From positions 70,826 to 102,825 of the forward strand of contig JAYFOM010000008.1 of NCBI GenBank assembly GCA_034932685.1: DNA of 32,000 nt, given 5' to 3'. This document shows positions 1 to 9,153 of this stretch, one piece after another. The stretch's first letter is position 1, and each line of letters starts with the position of its first letter. The DNA is from Erysipelotrichaceae bacterium (GTDB lineage Bacteria > Bacillota_I > Bacilli_A > Erysipelotrichales > Erysipelotrichaceae). Under the pieces are notes generated by a model. That model ran no database searches. It was not told the DNA's origin and saw only the letters and a list, made by a program, of their open reading frames with translations. The position numbers and the translations under genes were made by a program.

Positions 1-410
1 ACATTGAAGTCTGGTTTAACTCTTAATACTACAAGATCACTTACCGGATCTTTGCCAACCAGTTCAGCCTCAAGCACGATATCATTGACAAAAGTGACAT
101 AGATCGTACCACTATTGCTTAGTATGTGATTGTTGGTCACAATAATCACTTCTTCACTATTAGCGCCATAAATAACGCCACTACCATTGATCGCAGAGTA
201 GCTTGAACGGCTAGTGATCCCAACCACTTTCGCTGCTGTTTTACTTACTACCTCGGTTATATCGGTATCAAACTCAGTTACTGATTGTTTGATCAAACTA
301 TCGCCACTAATTGATTTAGCCAAATTATTCACTCTAACAAGTTGATAAGTCAAAACAACATTCCAAATGAGTAAACCAGCTATTACTACCATCAATAGTT
401 TCTTCATCAT
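1..410 (-). CDS. htrA: HtrA/DegP-family trypsin-like serine protease, N-terminal part only (gene runs off the left edge of the window)
   Basis: Not in the ORF track because it is open at the window edge. The reverse-strand translation is MMKKLLMVVIAGLLIWNVV (signal-anchor helix) ...KVVGITS...GSGVIYGANSEEVIIVTNNHILS...ELVGKDPVSDLVVLRV. This matches the GSGVI / TNNHV (catalytic His) and D-x-DL-x-VL (Asp) blocks of HtrA proteases. SD AGGGAGG lies at 420..414. The start is ATG at 410..408 or 407..405, overlapping the TGA stop of yycJ. The yycJ-htrC synteny matches Bacillus. Confidence 0.75.
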   Translation of the reverse strand, partial: MMKKLLMVVIAGLLIWNVVLTYQLVRVNNLAKSISGDSLIKQSVTEFDTDITEVVSKTAAKVVGITSRSSYSAINGSGVIYGANSEEVIIVTNNHILSNSGTIYVTFVNDIVLEAELVGKDPVSDLVVLRVKPDFN

Positions 411-1132
411 TGACCTCCCTCAACGATTTTATATTGCCCTGACACCTTAACCGTTATTTTTTCATCTTTGACTTTTCTTCTAATTGTCTCATAAGCCAAA
501 TCAGGTGTGTTGGCAACTTCGCTTAAATGTGCTAAGACGATCTCTTTTGTCTTTTTCCCTCTAACTTTAACTAGGATATCAGCACAACTTTCATTATCCA
601 AATGGCCATTATCCGATATGATACGCCGTTTAAGTGGATATGGTCGATTTGACGCCATTAACATCTTGACATCATGGTTACTCTCAAGTAGATAATAGTC
701 TGCATTAGCAATCAAATCATAGTAATCTTGTCTAAGATAGCCAGTATCAGTGATATACACTAATTTCTCATGCTTATTTTCAATGATATAGCCAAGCGTT
801 ATATCACAATCATGACTCAATGCAAGCGGTGTAATCTCAAATTCCTTAACTTTGAACTTCTCAAATGGTAATACTGATGAATGTTTGATATCAACAAGGT
901 TAAAAGGTGCATAAATCTTGGTATCAATAAACATCTTAATTTGACTGGTGTGATCAGTGTGAGCATGGGTTAATAGTAAAGCGTCCGTTTGGCGATAATC
1001 AATATTTATATCTTTAAAACTGGCAACTAAATGTCTTTTAGTGGATCCACAATCTATTACTATTTGCGTTGATTCACCAATAATGACACAACAATTACCC
1101 TTTGAGCCACTCGCTAAAAGATAATAACGCAT
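407..1132 (-). CDS. yycJ: MBL-fold metallo-hydrolase, YycJ/WalJ type
   Basis: 241-aa ORF with the HxHxDH motif (LLLTHAHTDHTS) and a GSKGNC N-terminal block typical of YycJ. It sits between the dnaB block and htrA, as at the distal end of wal loci. Confidence 0.85.
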   Translation of the reverse strand: MRYYLLASGSKGNCCVIIGESTQIVIDCGSTKRHLVASFKDINIDYRQTDALLLTHAHTDHTSQIKMFIDTKIYAPFNLVDIKHSSVLPFEKFKVKEFEITPLALSHDCDITLGYIIENKHEKLVYITDTGYLRQDYYDLIANADYYLLESNHDVKMLMASNRPYPLKRRIISDNGHLDNESCADILVKVRGKKTKEIVLAHLSEVANTPDLAYETIRRKVKDEKITVKVSGQYKIVEGGQ

Positions 1133-1135
1133 AAG

Positions 1136-2641
1136 CTAACACCCAAGCCAACGACAAGGATTATACCTAGTACCATTATATTCAATAACGAAATGAACAT
1201 GTGGTCCAGTAGCTTTACCAGTAGCACCAATTTGGCCTATGATCTCACCTTTTTCAACATTAACGCCGACTCCATAATATGCTGGTCTATTCATATGACC
1301 ATAATAGGTACGATAGCCATTATTGTGATCGATCCACATATAATATCCATTGATATTAGTATATCCAGTTTTAACAACTGTACCACGATCAGCTGCTCTT
1401 ACAGCACCATAACGGTCATATTTATTGATAACATCAATTGCGGTATGGCCAGCATAACAATACCAGTGACAAGTAATTCTTACATTATCAACTGGATAAC
1501 GGAAAGTACCAGAACCAACACCAGGTATTATCTTTGTGCCATATTCTACTACCTCTTGAATTGGCTCAAGTGTGACTTCTTCCGCTAATATTTCATAAGT
1601 TGATAATAAACCATTAATATATACTTCTTTATAGAAAACGTTCTTTGATCCTTCTTCTTCTCTTACCAGTATCTTACTCATACCTTCTCTTATGCTTGAG
1701 TTAGCAACATAACGCGTTTTTGGTGGATAAACAATTTCTTTAGCTACTCTTTCTTTAGTAACTACAACATTGATCGGCGAGTTAAAGAAAGTAACATTCA
1801 ATTCGGTTCCAACTTGCAAGAGTTGGGTATCTGTCTTTAAAATATCTGAGTTTAAAGTTATCAGTTGCTGAGCTGTTAGTCCCACTTTAGAAGCAACACC
1901 TTCAACCGTATCATATTCAACGGTTTTATATGACTGCAGTTCAGTACCATAACCATAACTAAGAAAGTAAATAATATCTTTAACAGTAAATAAGATGTCC
2001 TTGATAGAAGCGTAACCTTTGGAAATCGTTATCGTTTCAATTACTTGAATGCCAATGTCTCTTTCTCCATACGTTGTTAATTCTGCTGGTAACTGATTAA
2101 CCGAAATTAACTCTAAAGCTTTTTCATCAATGAAATTCAATAAATACTGCCGTTTAGCTTCATCAAAGTCTTGTTGATTCTTAACATATATGATTGCACC
2201 ATTAGAGAACTCGATACGATCAACCTCTAATGCGAAAAGCTCATTCTGTTCAAGATAAGCAAGAATATTATCATCAATGTCTTCATAGACAAAATAACTC
2301 GCCTCTTGGGTCATATAGACATCCGTTGCCAAAGAAACGCCTGAATTTGGAAAATCTTGACGATAGCGACTTTGATATACGTTGTTTAACAAAACATCAA
2401 TCTTGTTTTTATCACTTATAATACCAATTAAATCAGCACCATCATAAATTTTCGTTACTTCTTGGGCCAATGGTGATACATCAATAATGTTCTGTCTTAA
2501 TAATGATGTTTCTTTATTGATTTGTGCTTGTACATTGATGTTTTTGTACCCAAAGTTTATACTAGGCAAAAAGTATGCCATTGATAAAGCTAAGCCAATA
2601 CATGCAAGCACCGGAACTAATTTCAATAACTTCTTAAACAT
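1136..2641 (-). CDS. Membrane-anchored M23 (LytM-type) peptidoglycan endopeptidase with LysM and G5 domains
   Basis: 501 aa. N-terminal hydrophobic anchor (LVPVLACIGLALSMAYF). LysM-like block (YKTVEYDTVEGVASKVGLTAQQLITLNSD...LQVGTELNV). G5-like block (VYPPKTRYVANSSIREGMSKILVREEEGSKNVFYKEVYINGLL...EVVEYGTK). C-terminal M23 motifs HxxxD (HTAIDV) and HxH (PHVHFVIEY). Confidence 0.85.
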   Translation of the reverse strand: MFKKLLKLVPVLACIGLALSMAYFLPSINFGYKNINVQAQINKETSLLRQNIIDVSPLAQEVTKIYDGADLIGIISDKNKIDVLLNNVYQSRYRQDFPNSGVSLATDVYMTQEASYFVYEDIDDNILAYLEQNELFALEVDRIEFSNGAIIYVKNQQDFDEAKRQYLLNFIDEKALELISVNQLPAELTTYGERDIGIQVIETITISKGYASIKDILFTVKDIIYFLSYGYGTELQSYKTVEYDTVEGVASKVGLTAQQLITLNSDILKTDTQLLQVGTELNVTFFNSPINVVVTKERVAKEIVYPPKTRYVANSSIREGMSKILVREEEGSKNVFYKEVYINGLLSTYEILAEEVTLEPIQEVVEYGTKIIPGVGSGTFRYPVDNVRITCHWYCYAGHTAIDVINKYDRYGAVRAADRGTVVKTGYTNINGYYMWIDHNNGYRTYYGHMNRPAYYGVGVNVEKGEIIGQIGATGKATGPHVHFVIEYNGTRYNPCRWLGC

Positions 2642-2646
2642 GACAT

Positions 2647-4023
2647 CTACTCCTTATACTCTTTATCTAGATCATAGAAAGCATTATAATCTAAATTAAA
2701 GCTTAAATATACTGACCCCGTTGGTCCATTACGATGTTTAGCAATAATAATCTCCGTTTCTTTGTTAGGATTGACCATTGTTTGTTTATCATCATATTTT
2801 TGATCATCAATCTTATTTCGTTCATGGTAATCTTTACGATAAAGGAAAAGAACAATATCCGCATCCTGTTCCAAAGCACCCGATTCACGTAAATCAGATA
2901 GTTTAGGTTTCTTATCCTCACCACCTCTTTGTTCAACTGAGCGTGATAACTGTGATAAAGCGATAACGGGAACTTGCAACTCACGTGCTAATGCTTTTAA
3001 TCCTCTTGAGATTTCTGATACTTCTTGTTGACGATTCTCAAAACGTTTATTACTACCAGTGATTAACTGAATATAGTCAATTACGATTGCTCCTAAGTTT
3101 TTTTCAACCTTTAGTTTGCGACACTTAGAAAAGATATCACTAACCCTGATCGTTGGACTATCATCAATATATATTGGTAGTTCTCTTATGATCGAAGCTG
3201 CCTCAATAACTTGATTCATTTCCTTGTTGTTCATATAACCCGTTCTAATTAACTGACCTTTTATTTCACTTTTCGCTGATAACATACGACTGACCAACTG
3301 TTCTGCACCCATTTCTAATGAAAACAAAGCGATAGGTAATTTATTTGACTCTGCCATGTTCATAGCTAAATTAAGAGCGAAAGCTGTTTTACCAACTGAT
3401 GGTCTAGCGGCTAAAATAATAAGATCATTTTTTTGAAAACCGTTAGTGTAATAATCAAGATCGCGATAATTAGTCTTCATTCCAACAACAAGACTACGAT
3501 TTTTACGCATTTCTTGAACATTTTCAATAACATCATTAACGACGTCATGTGAACTCTTAAATTCCGATGCCCTACGATTACGTGTGATTGTCAAGATACT
3601 ACGTTCGGCATTATCCATGACTTCATCAAGATTATGTTGTGATTGAAAACCATCATCTGCGATCTGCTCAGCTGTTACAATAAGATTACGCAAAAATGCT
3701 TTATCTTGAATTAGTTGGATATAGTATTTAGTGTTCGCACTTGATACCGCCGCATCAGCTAACTGCATCATATAATCCATACCACCAACGCGATTTAGTT
3801 CTTGTAAATCACTAAGACGTGTTGATAAAGCAGTTAGATCAATTGGTTTTCCTTCTTGATATAAGCTTAAGATTGCACCATAAACCCGTTGATTTGCCTC
3901 AACGAAAAAATCTTCTTTGACCAAGCCTTCTTCAAATGCAGCTTTAATCGCCGAAGGGTAGATCATCATTGTTCCAAGTAATGCCATTTCCGTTTCAATA
4001 CTACTAGGCAATCGACGTGTCAT
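2647..4023 (-). CDS. dnaB: Replicative DNA helicase DnaB (DnaC in B. subtilis nomenclature)
   Basis: 458 aa. N-terminal PSSIETEMALLG motif, Walker A ARPSVGKTAFALN, and IVIDYIQL and SQLSR blocks. Conserved position after rplI. Confidence 0.95.
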   Translation of the reverse strand: MTRRLPSSIETEMALLGTMMIYPSAIKAAFEEGLVKEDFFVEANQRVYGAILSLYQEGKPIDLTALSTRLSDLQELNRVGGMDYMMQLADAAVSSANTKYYIQLIQDKAFLRNLIVTAEQIADDGFQSQHNLDEVMDNAERSILTITRNRRASEFKSSHDVVNDVIENVQEMRKNRSLVVGMKTNYRDLDYYTNGFQKNDLIILAARPSVGKTAFALNLAMNMAESNKLPIALFSLEMGAEQLVSRMLSAKSEIKGQLIRTGYMNNKEMNQVIEAASIIRELPIYIDDSPTIRVSDIFSKCRKLKVEKNLGAIVIDYIQLITGSNKRFENRQQEVSEISRGLKALARELQVPVIALSQLSRSVEQRGGEDKKPKLSDLRESGALEQDADIVLFLYRKDYHERNKIDDQKYDDKQTMVNPNKETEIIIAKHRNGPTGSVYLSFNLDYNAFYDLDKEYKE

Positions 4024-4034
4024 AAACTTACTCC

Positions 4035-4481
4035 TTACTTAGCATTGATCGTTATCTTTAACTCACCGATAACATTTTTAAATAATTCTATCTTAATGAT
4101 ATGTACTCCCATTTCATTAAATGGTCCATTATCAATAAACTTCTTTTTATCTAGTTCTATGTTATGTAGTTTACTTAGTTCAGCAACAACTTGCTTAGAT
4201 GATATTGAGCCAAATATCCGCCCATCTGTTCCTGCTTTTAGATCAAACACTAGATTTATATCTTTTAATTTGATTGCCATCTCTTGCGCTTGTTGTTGTT
4301 TTAAAAGTTGGTTGTCTTTATCTTGTTGTTTCTGTTTTTCCAATGTGCTTAAACTTTTATCAGATGCGATCACTGCAAGATTGTTTCTGATCAAAAAATT
4401 ACGACCATAACCATCCGCAACCTCAACGATCGCTCCTTTTTTTCCGACGTTTTTAACGTCATTCAGTAGTATTACTTTCAT
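4035..4481 (-). CDS. rplI: 50S ribosomal protein L9
   Basis: 148 aa, beginning MKVILLNDVKNVGKKGAIVEVADGYGRNFL, the canonical L9 N-terminus. SD AAGGAG lies upstream. The start overlaps the gdpP 3' end by 23 nt. Confidence 0.95.
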   Translation of the reverse strand: MKVILLNDVKNVGKKGAIVEVADGYGRNFLIRNNLAVIASDKSLSTLEKQKQQDKDNQLLKQQQAQEMAIKLKDINLVFDLKAGTDGRIFGSISSKQVVAELSKLHNIELDKKKFIDNGPFNEMGVHIIKIELFKNVIGELKITINAK

Positions 4482-6447
4482 TTTTTATCTCCTTATGGGC
4501 AAAATAATCTTTCAATACATTTTTTAATTCATTATAGATCTCATTTACCGTACTATTCTTGCGTTGTAATGCAGCGGCTGAGAAATGACCACCACCATGC
4601 ATTTGCTCCAATATCACTTGTACGTTAACATTACCTATACTACGAGCAGAGACAGCTACTTCATTATCATCAATCATCGCGATCACAAAAGCTGCCTCAA
4701 CATTTTGGATTGATAAGATATCGTTAGCAACCTGTGACATTAGTGAGCGTGATAGTAATTGCTCGGCCTTATAAGGTGCTACGATAACACCATTATCTAA
4801 CTTTTCACAATATTTTAAAACACCAGTTTTCAAAGCGAACTCATCATAATCATCTTTAAGTAACTCATCCGCTTCAATTGTATCAGCACCCAGTGCTTTT
4901 AATTGTGATGCTGCCTCAAATGTACGACTACCAGTTCTAACTTTAAAACGGTTGGTATCAATTAAAATACCCGTAAACATGATTGTCGCTTCTTCTTCAC
5001 TAATGCTAACTTTTGATAGCTGATATGGGAAAAGTTCGGTAACTAGTTCACTAACACTTGATGCGCCAGTTTCAATATAAACTAATAACGGCATAAAGGT
5101 AAAATCACTACGACGACGATGATGATCTATTACTACGATTTGTTTAGCTTGCTTAATAAGTTCAGGAGCGTTAGTTTGTTCAACGTTATGGTGATCTACC
5201 ATGATCACTAGAGTATCGTCTTGTAAGATTGATAAAGCTTCTATTTCATTTATAAAATTAAACCGTTCATGAAGACTCTTGCTATATTTATCTAGGGCTG
5301 AAGCTAACTTTGCTTCAATATCACCTTCTTGATAGACTATCGAAACAACTTTGTTATAACTACTAACAATTCTACTCATACCCAAAGCCGCTCCCATGCA
5401 GTCAAAATCAGTCTCTTTATGACCTACGATAAGGACATTGTGCGATTGTTCGATCAATTCTCTTAAGGTTTGAGCCATTACTCTTACCCTAACCTTACTA
5501 CGCTTCTCTTGTGCTTCTCGCGTACCACCAATGTATTTTACATCCTCACCGAATTTCTTGATCGCAACTTGATCACCACCACGACTTTGTGCTAATTCCA
5601 ATAAACTATTTAGCATCTCATCTAATTGTTGGAAGTCATTAGTACCACGAGCAAACGCCATTGATAAAGTGATCGGTATTGCATAATCATCCGATGTCTT
5701 TTGAATTTCCTGCATGATCATAAACCGTTGTTCAATCAGTTTATTAAAAATAGCTTCATTCAATATTACCATGAAACGATCATTTTTGATCCGTTTGATC
5801 AACATACCATTAGCTTTAGCCCAGTCTATGATTGGTTGTTTTATTTCACTATCAATTATCGAAATATTCATTTCTTCTTGATATTGCGTTGCCTCATCAT
5901 AGTTATCAAGATGTATCAAGCCTACTACTACATGTTCTGCTTCATAACTTAGTTCAAGTTGATGTAAATACGTGATGTCTTTAAAAAACAACATCTGTGA
6001 GTCTGCTTTACGCTCTATTTCATAATAAGCATCTTGATATAATTTAATGATATTGTCTTCATCTCCCTGAAATATCTTATTTATCTCAGGAATCCACTTA
6101 GTCACTTTTTCACCGATATAGTTTATGTCGCGTTTGATAAAGAAGTCACTCATCCAGGTGATGATGAAATTTTCATCATACGTTAACATACCAATATCAC
6201 CATAAGCAAACGCCTCTTTAGCATCACTTCCTAATATTTTAGCAATATCGATCAAACGGTCTTTTTTCTCTTTGGCATTTACATAAATAAGTAAGCCGAT
6301 AAGCACAATGTTGATAAGGAAGATGACGCTAGCTAAAAAGATAACACTGATATCAAAGACAATCGCACTAAAAACAATGCTGAATAACTCCAATATCGAT
6401 ACTAAGATCACATACAGTTTTATCTTATCAAACTTGCTACCTGTCAT
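4459..6447 (-). CDS. gdpP: Cyclic-di-AMP phosphodiesterase GdpP (YybT): membrane-anchored, degenerate GGDEF plus DHH/DHHA1
   Basis: Two N-terminal TM helices. DHH motifs (MVDHHN, IDHHRR) and DHHA1 GGGH (HGGGHFSAAA). Start placed at ATG 6447..6445, which forms an ATGA overlap with the yybS TGA stop. The ORF-track start at 6459 is a GTG alternative. Confidence 0.9.
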   Translation of the reverse strand: MTGSKFDKIKLYVILVSILELFSIVFSAIVFDISVIFLASVIFLINIVLIGLLIYVNAKEKKDRLIDIAKILGSDAKEAFAYGDIGMLTYDENFIITWMSDFFIKRDINYIGEKVTKWIPEINKIFQGDEDNIIKLYQDAYYEIERKADSQMLFFKDITYLHQLELSYEAEHVVVGLIHLDNYDEATQYQEEMNISIIDSEIKQPIIDWAKANGMLIKRIKNDRFMVILNEAIFNKLIEQRFMIMQEIQKTSDDYAIPITLSMAFARGTNDFQQLDEMLNSLLELAQSRGGDQVAIKKFGEDVKYIGGTREAQEKRSKVRVRVMAQTLRELIEQSHNVLIVGHKETDFDCMGAALGMSRIVSSYNKVVSIVYQEGDIEAKLASALDKYSKSLHERFNFINEIEALSILQDDTLVIMVDHHNVEQTNAPELIKQAKQIVVIDHHRRRSDFTFMPLLVYIETGASSVSELVTELFPYQLSKVSISEEEATIMFTGILIDTNRFKVRTGSRTFEAASQLKALGADTIEADELLKDDYDEFALKTGVLKYCEKLDNGVIVAPYKAEQLLSRSLMSQVANDILSIQNVEAAFVIAMIDDNEVAVSARSIGNVNVQVILEQMHGGGHFSAAALQRKNSTVNEIYNELKNVLKDYFAHKEIKNESNTTE

Positions 6448-7352
6448 TTTTGTATCCACCCCATCATTCGTGTCCGGTAATCTGTTACGACATCAAGTAT
6501 TCCAAAGACCATCAAGACTGATAAAACAACTTGTGGTATTATCAGCATTAAGGCCAAGACGATCATCGTTATATATTGTTTACGTCTTACTTTATTATAA
6601 ATCATTATAACAATTATTCCGCAAATACTAAAGATAAGTTGTGAGATATACCCAATCGTGATAAATGTTTCAGTAATCAATGGCGTAAAAATATTGTTGG
6701 TTGCTATCGCACTTAATACCATAAAACCAAGCATTATCCATCCCAACCAACTTGGTAATTTTGCGTTAGTGATATCATTAAGTTTATTTACCTTGATCTT
6801 TAGTCGTGGTAATAGTAAATGAGCTATCACATGAAGAAGAATCGCTTCTAATAAAGCTGTAAAAAAGATTAACATAGCGAAGAATATCCTAATAAATTGT
6901 TGTAAATTACTAATAACAAGACCTTGTTGTTGCACAAATTCTGTTGCCATCAAGACTTCCGCTTTTACATCATAACCAAAGAATGCCGCAAAAATGATCA
7001 TCGTTAAAACATAAGTTAAAGTAGTCAACAATACTGTCTTAAATAATAGTTCAAAATTTCCTCTGTTACGATATATCCCATCCCCATAAACAATTCCTGT
7101 GATTCCGGTCATCGCCACAAAGATCGCAGAATTAGGTAACGCAATGATAAATGCTAATATGATTGCTGTTACATAAACTAATACTGAATCCTTAAGTCCG
7201 TGCTTTGCACTATATATCAATAGTGGCAAGGGCATGACCCAAGCCAAATATTGTTCAAGAAGATTAGCACTATAGCGATTGATGAGTGTCATGATCGCAA
7301 TGATCGCTATCATCAACGCTCCTTCTGTCATATTTCTTATTCTTTTATTCAT
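6444..7352 (-). CDS. yybS: Polytopic membrane protein YybS (DUF2232 family)
   Basis: 302 aa with many hydrophobic helices. It occupies the conserved slot between rpsR and gdpP-rplI-dnaB seen across Firmicutes. Confidence 0.75.
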   Translation of the reverse strand: MNKRIRNMTEGALMIAIIAIMTLINRYSANLLEQYLAWVMPLPLLIYSAKHGLKDSVLVYVTAIILAFIIALPNSAIFVAMTGITGIVYGDGIYRNRGNFELLFKTVLLTTLTYVLTMIIFAAFFGYDVKAEVLMATEFVQQQGLVISNLQQFIRIFFAMLIFFTALLEAILLHVIAHLLLPRLKIKVNKLNDITNAKLPSWLGWIMLGFMVLSAIATNNIFTPLITETFITIGYISQLIFSICGIIVIMIYNKVRRKQYITMIVLALMLIIPQVVLSVLMVFGILDVVTDYRTRMMGWIQK

Positions 7353-7376
7353 TTTTATACCTTTTTGATTGTATAT

Positions 7377-7410
7377 ATTCTACCACATTTATTGTAGCTA
7401 TTAAAAAAAC
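7377..7410 (-). promoter_or_regulatory. Candidate extended -10 promoter for the yybS-gdpP-rplI-dnaB operon
   Basis: The minus strand reads ...AATGTGgTAGAATatatac. TGn lies at 7385..7383 and TAGAAT at 7382..7377. The -35 is weak (TTTAAT-like). The element sits immediately downstream of the rpsR terminator. Confidence 0.4.
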
Positions 7411-7424
7411 CTCCTAAGAGGTTT
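7403..7424 (-). terminator. Rho-independent terminator after rpsR
   Basis: The minus strand reads AAACCTC-TTAG-GAGGTTT followed by TTTTT. This is a 7-bp stem with a 4-nt loop and a T-run, and it overlaps the rpsR stop codon. Confidence 0.6.
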
Positions 7425-7653
7425 AATCTGCGACGTAAGGCAATAAAGCCATTTGACGTGCCCGTTTAATCGCTGTTGCCAAAATTCTTTGATATTTGGC
7501 TGATGTTCCCGTAACACGACGTGGAATTATCTTACCGTTGCCGGAGATAAAGCGCTTTAGTAATTCTACATCTTTGTAGTCGATTATTTTAACATTATTT
7601 TTCGTAAAGTAACATACTTTTTTACGTCCCATACGTTGTTTTTTAAATGCCAT
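7423..7653 (-). CDS. rpsR: 30S ribosomal protein S18
   Basis: 76 aa, with [36 protein letters not shown]...ARQMALLPY, the canonical S18 sequence. Confidence 0.95.
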   Translation of the reverse strand: MAFKKQRMGRKKVCYFTKNNVKIIDYKDVELLKRFISGNGKIIPRRVTGTSAKYQRILATAIKRARQMALLPYVAD

Positions 7654-7671
7654 GATATACTCCTTTCTTGA

Positions 7672-8142
7672 CTAGAATGGTAAGTCATCGCTTGATATGT
7701 CAAGCATTGGACCGGATGAGTAATCATCCAAGTCATTATTGTCATCAGGATAATAACTATTGTCGTTACTATCTTGTTTAAAACCGGTATCTTGATACCC
7801 TGCTGATGTCCCTCTGCTTTCAGATACTGCTTTGCTTTCAAGCAATTGTGCTTGATCACATACAACCTCAGTCACATAAACGCGACGGCCATTAGCATCA
7901 TCATAATTTCTTGTTTGTATCCGACCTTCAACCCCAACTAACGCTCCTTTGCGAGCATATTGGTTTAGAAACTCAGCTGTTTTGTTCCAAGCGACACAAT
8001 TGATGAAATCGGTTGTCTGCTCTTGTGTCTGAAATCTCCGGTTAATAGCCAGCGTGAAAGATGCGACGGAATTCTGTGATTGCGTTTTTCTTAATGCCGG
8101 GTCCTTTGTAAGTCTTCCCACTAAAACAACTCGATTAATCAT
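7672..8142 (-). CDS. ssb: Single-stranded DNA-binding protein
   Basis: 156 aa, with MINRVVLVGRLTKDPALR at the start of the OB fold and an acidic tail ending DDLPF. It lies between rpsF and rpsR. Confidence 0.95.
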   Translation of the reverse strand: MINRVVLVGRLTKDPALRKTQSQNSVASFTLAINRRFQTQEQTTDFINCVAWNKTAEFLNQYARKGALVGVEGRIQTRNYDDANGRRVYVTEVVCDQAQLLESKAVSESRGTSAGYQDTGFKQDSNDNSYYPDDNNDLDDYSSGPMLDISSDDLPF

Positions 8143-8154
8143 TATATCCTCCTG

Positions 8155-8442
8155 TTACTCTTCAATGTTGATAATTAAGAAACGGATGATATTGCTGTTG
8201 ATGCGCATTAAGCGATCAAATTCGCTTAAAGCAGCAGTGTTGGCAGTTAATTTAGTTACAACATAGTAACCTTTTTTCATATCATCGATTTCATAAGCAA
8301 GCTCTTTAACGCCCCATTCATCAACATTATCAATAGTGCCGCCATTATCTGTGATAATCGCATGCATACTATTGACTAGTTCTTGACGGGGTTCGTCTTG
8401 AAGATCTGCTTTGATGATGTACATAACTTCGTACTTTCTCAT
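8155..8442 (-). CDS. rpsF: 30S ribosomal protein S6
   Basis: MRKYEVMYIIKADL... is the canonical S6 N-terminus. Start moved to ATG 8442..8440, which follows SD AAGGAGGTG (8456..8448). The 13-codon upstream extension in the ORF track has no SD. Confidence 0.93.
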   Translation of the reverse strand: MRKYEVMYIIKADLQDEPRQELVNSMHAIITDNGGTIDNVDEWGVKELAYEIDDMKKGYYVVTKLTANTAALSEFDRLMRINSNIIRFLIINIEE

Positions 8443-8514
8443 ACTTGCACCTCCTTGTGGACTATTGGCCTTTACAGGCAAGGAGTAAATATTATTGTTT
8501 GATATCTACTCGCG
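8443..8514 (-). promoter_or_regulatory. rpsF 5' leader with an SD-sequestering hairpin (candidate S6:S18 autoregulatory leader)
   Basis: On the mRNA, CUCCUUG (8485..8479) pairs with CAAGGAG (8457..8451, the SD) across a 21-nt loop. The predicted leader from the promoter is about 70 nt. Confidence 0.5.
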
Positions 8515-8520
8515 ACCTTT

Positions 8521-8549
8521 ATTATAACTAAAAGTATCATATATGTAAA
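8521..8549 (-). promoter_or_regulatory. SigmaA-type promoter of the rpsF-ssb-rpsR operon
   Basis: Minus strand: TTTACA (8549..8544), a 17-nt spacer, then TATAAT (8526..8521). Confidence 0.6.
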
Positions 8550-8562
8550 TGAAAAATATTAA

Positions 8563-9153
8563 TTAAAAGCTTTCATTAGCTTCTAAACGCGCTATTTTGG
8601 TCCACTTCTTGATAAATGCGGTTTTAGCGTATGTATAACCATCACGATCATGCTTAAATGATTCTTTCAGTGATAGTTTAAGCTTTTCATATTCCTTAGC
8701 TACATCAGGATGAGCTATCAAGTATTGACAGAAATATAATTCATCCCAATCTTTATGATAGCGCACATGAAGATGAAAAACTTCAGGCGCAAATCCACTG
8801 GTGGTATATCCTTTCATAAACATCATCCTTGGTTGGGCTTGATGTTTTTGGTAACTATAAAGATATCCCATTTTAGCTAATGTCGCGATCAACGCTTGGC
8901 GTTTTGTTACATTCATTTTAGCTACTTCCATTAAGATATCAACTGTTGGCTTAGCATATATATGCGGCACAACTGTACTTCCGATATGCGATATCCTGAT
9001 AATGTTAAACTCTTCAAGATTGGCTTTTAGACTAGCTGCTTCTTTTTCATACTGGTGACACCAAGCTGGATCATGAGGTTTAAGAATGATCGGAAACAAT
9101 TGCCATAACTCTTCGTTTGTCATTTCATGTAATGATTTACCCACCAAAAACAC
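8563..9153 (-). CDS. GrpB-family protein (nucleotidyltransferase-like fold)
   Basis: 196 aa, with HIGSTVVPHIYAKPTVDILMEV and FHLHVRYHKDWDELYF blocks typical of GrpB. The start is uncertain: GTG at 9153 overlaps the NUDIX 3' end, and ATG at 9123 is the alternative. Confidence 0.7.
   Translation of the reverse strand: MFLVGKSLHEMTNEELWQLFPIILKPHDPAWCHQYEKEAASLKANLEEFNIIRISHIGSTVVPHIYAKPTVDILMEVAKMNVTKRQALIATLAKMGYLYSYQKHQAQPRMMFMKGYTTSGFAPEVFHLHVRYHKDWDELYFCQYLIAHPDVAKEYEKLKLSLKESFKHDRDGYTYAKTAFIKKWTKIARLEANESF

Noticed and set aside
7584-7865. A 93-aa same-strand ORF bridging the ssb 3' end and the rpsR 5' end in another frame.
   Set aside because: It overlaps two highly conserved genes, has no SD and has odd composition. 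Nothing suggests programmed frameshifting.
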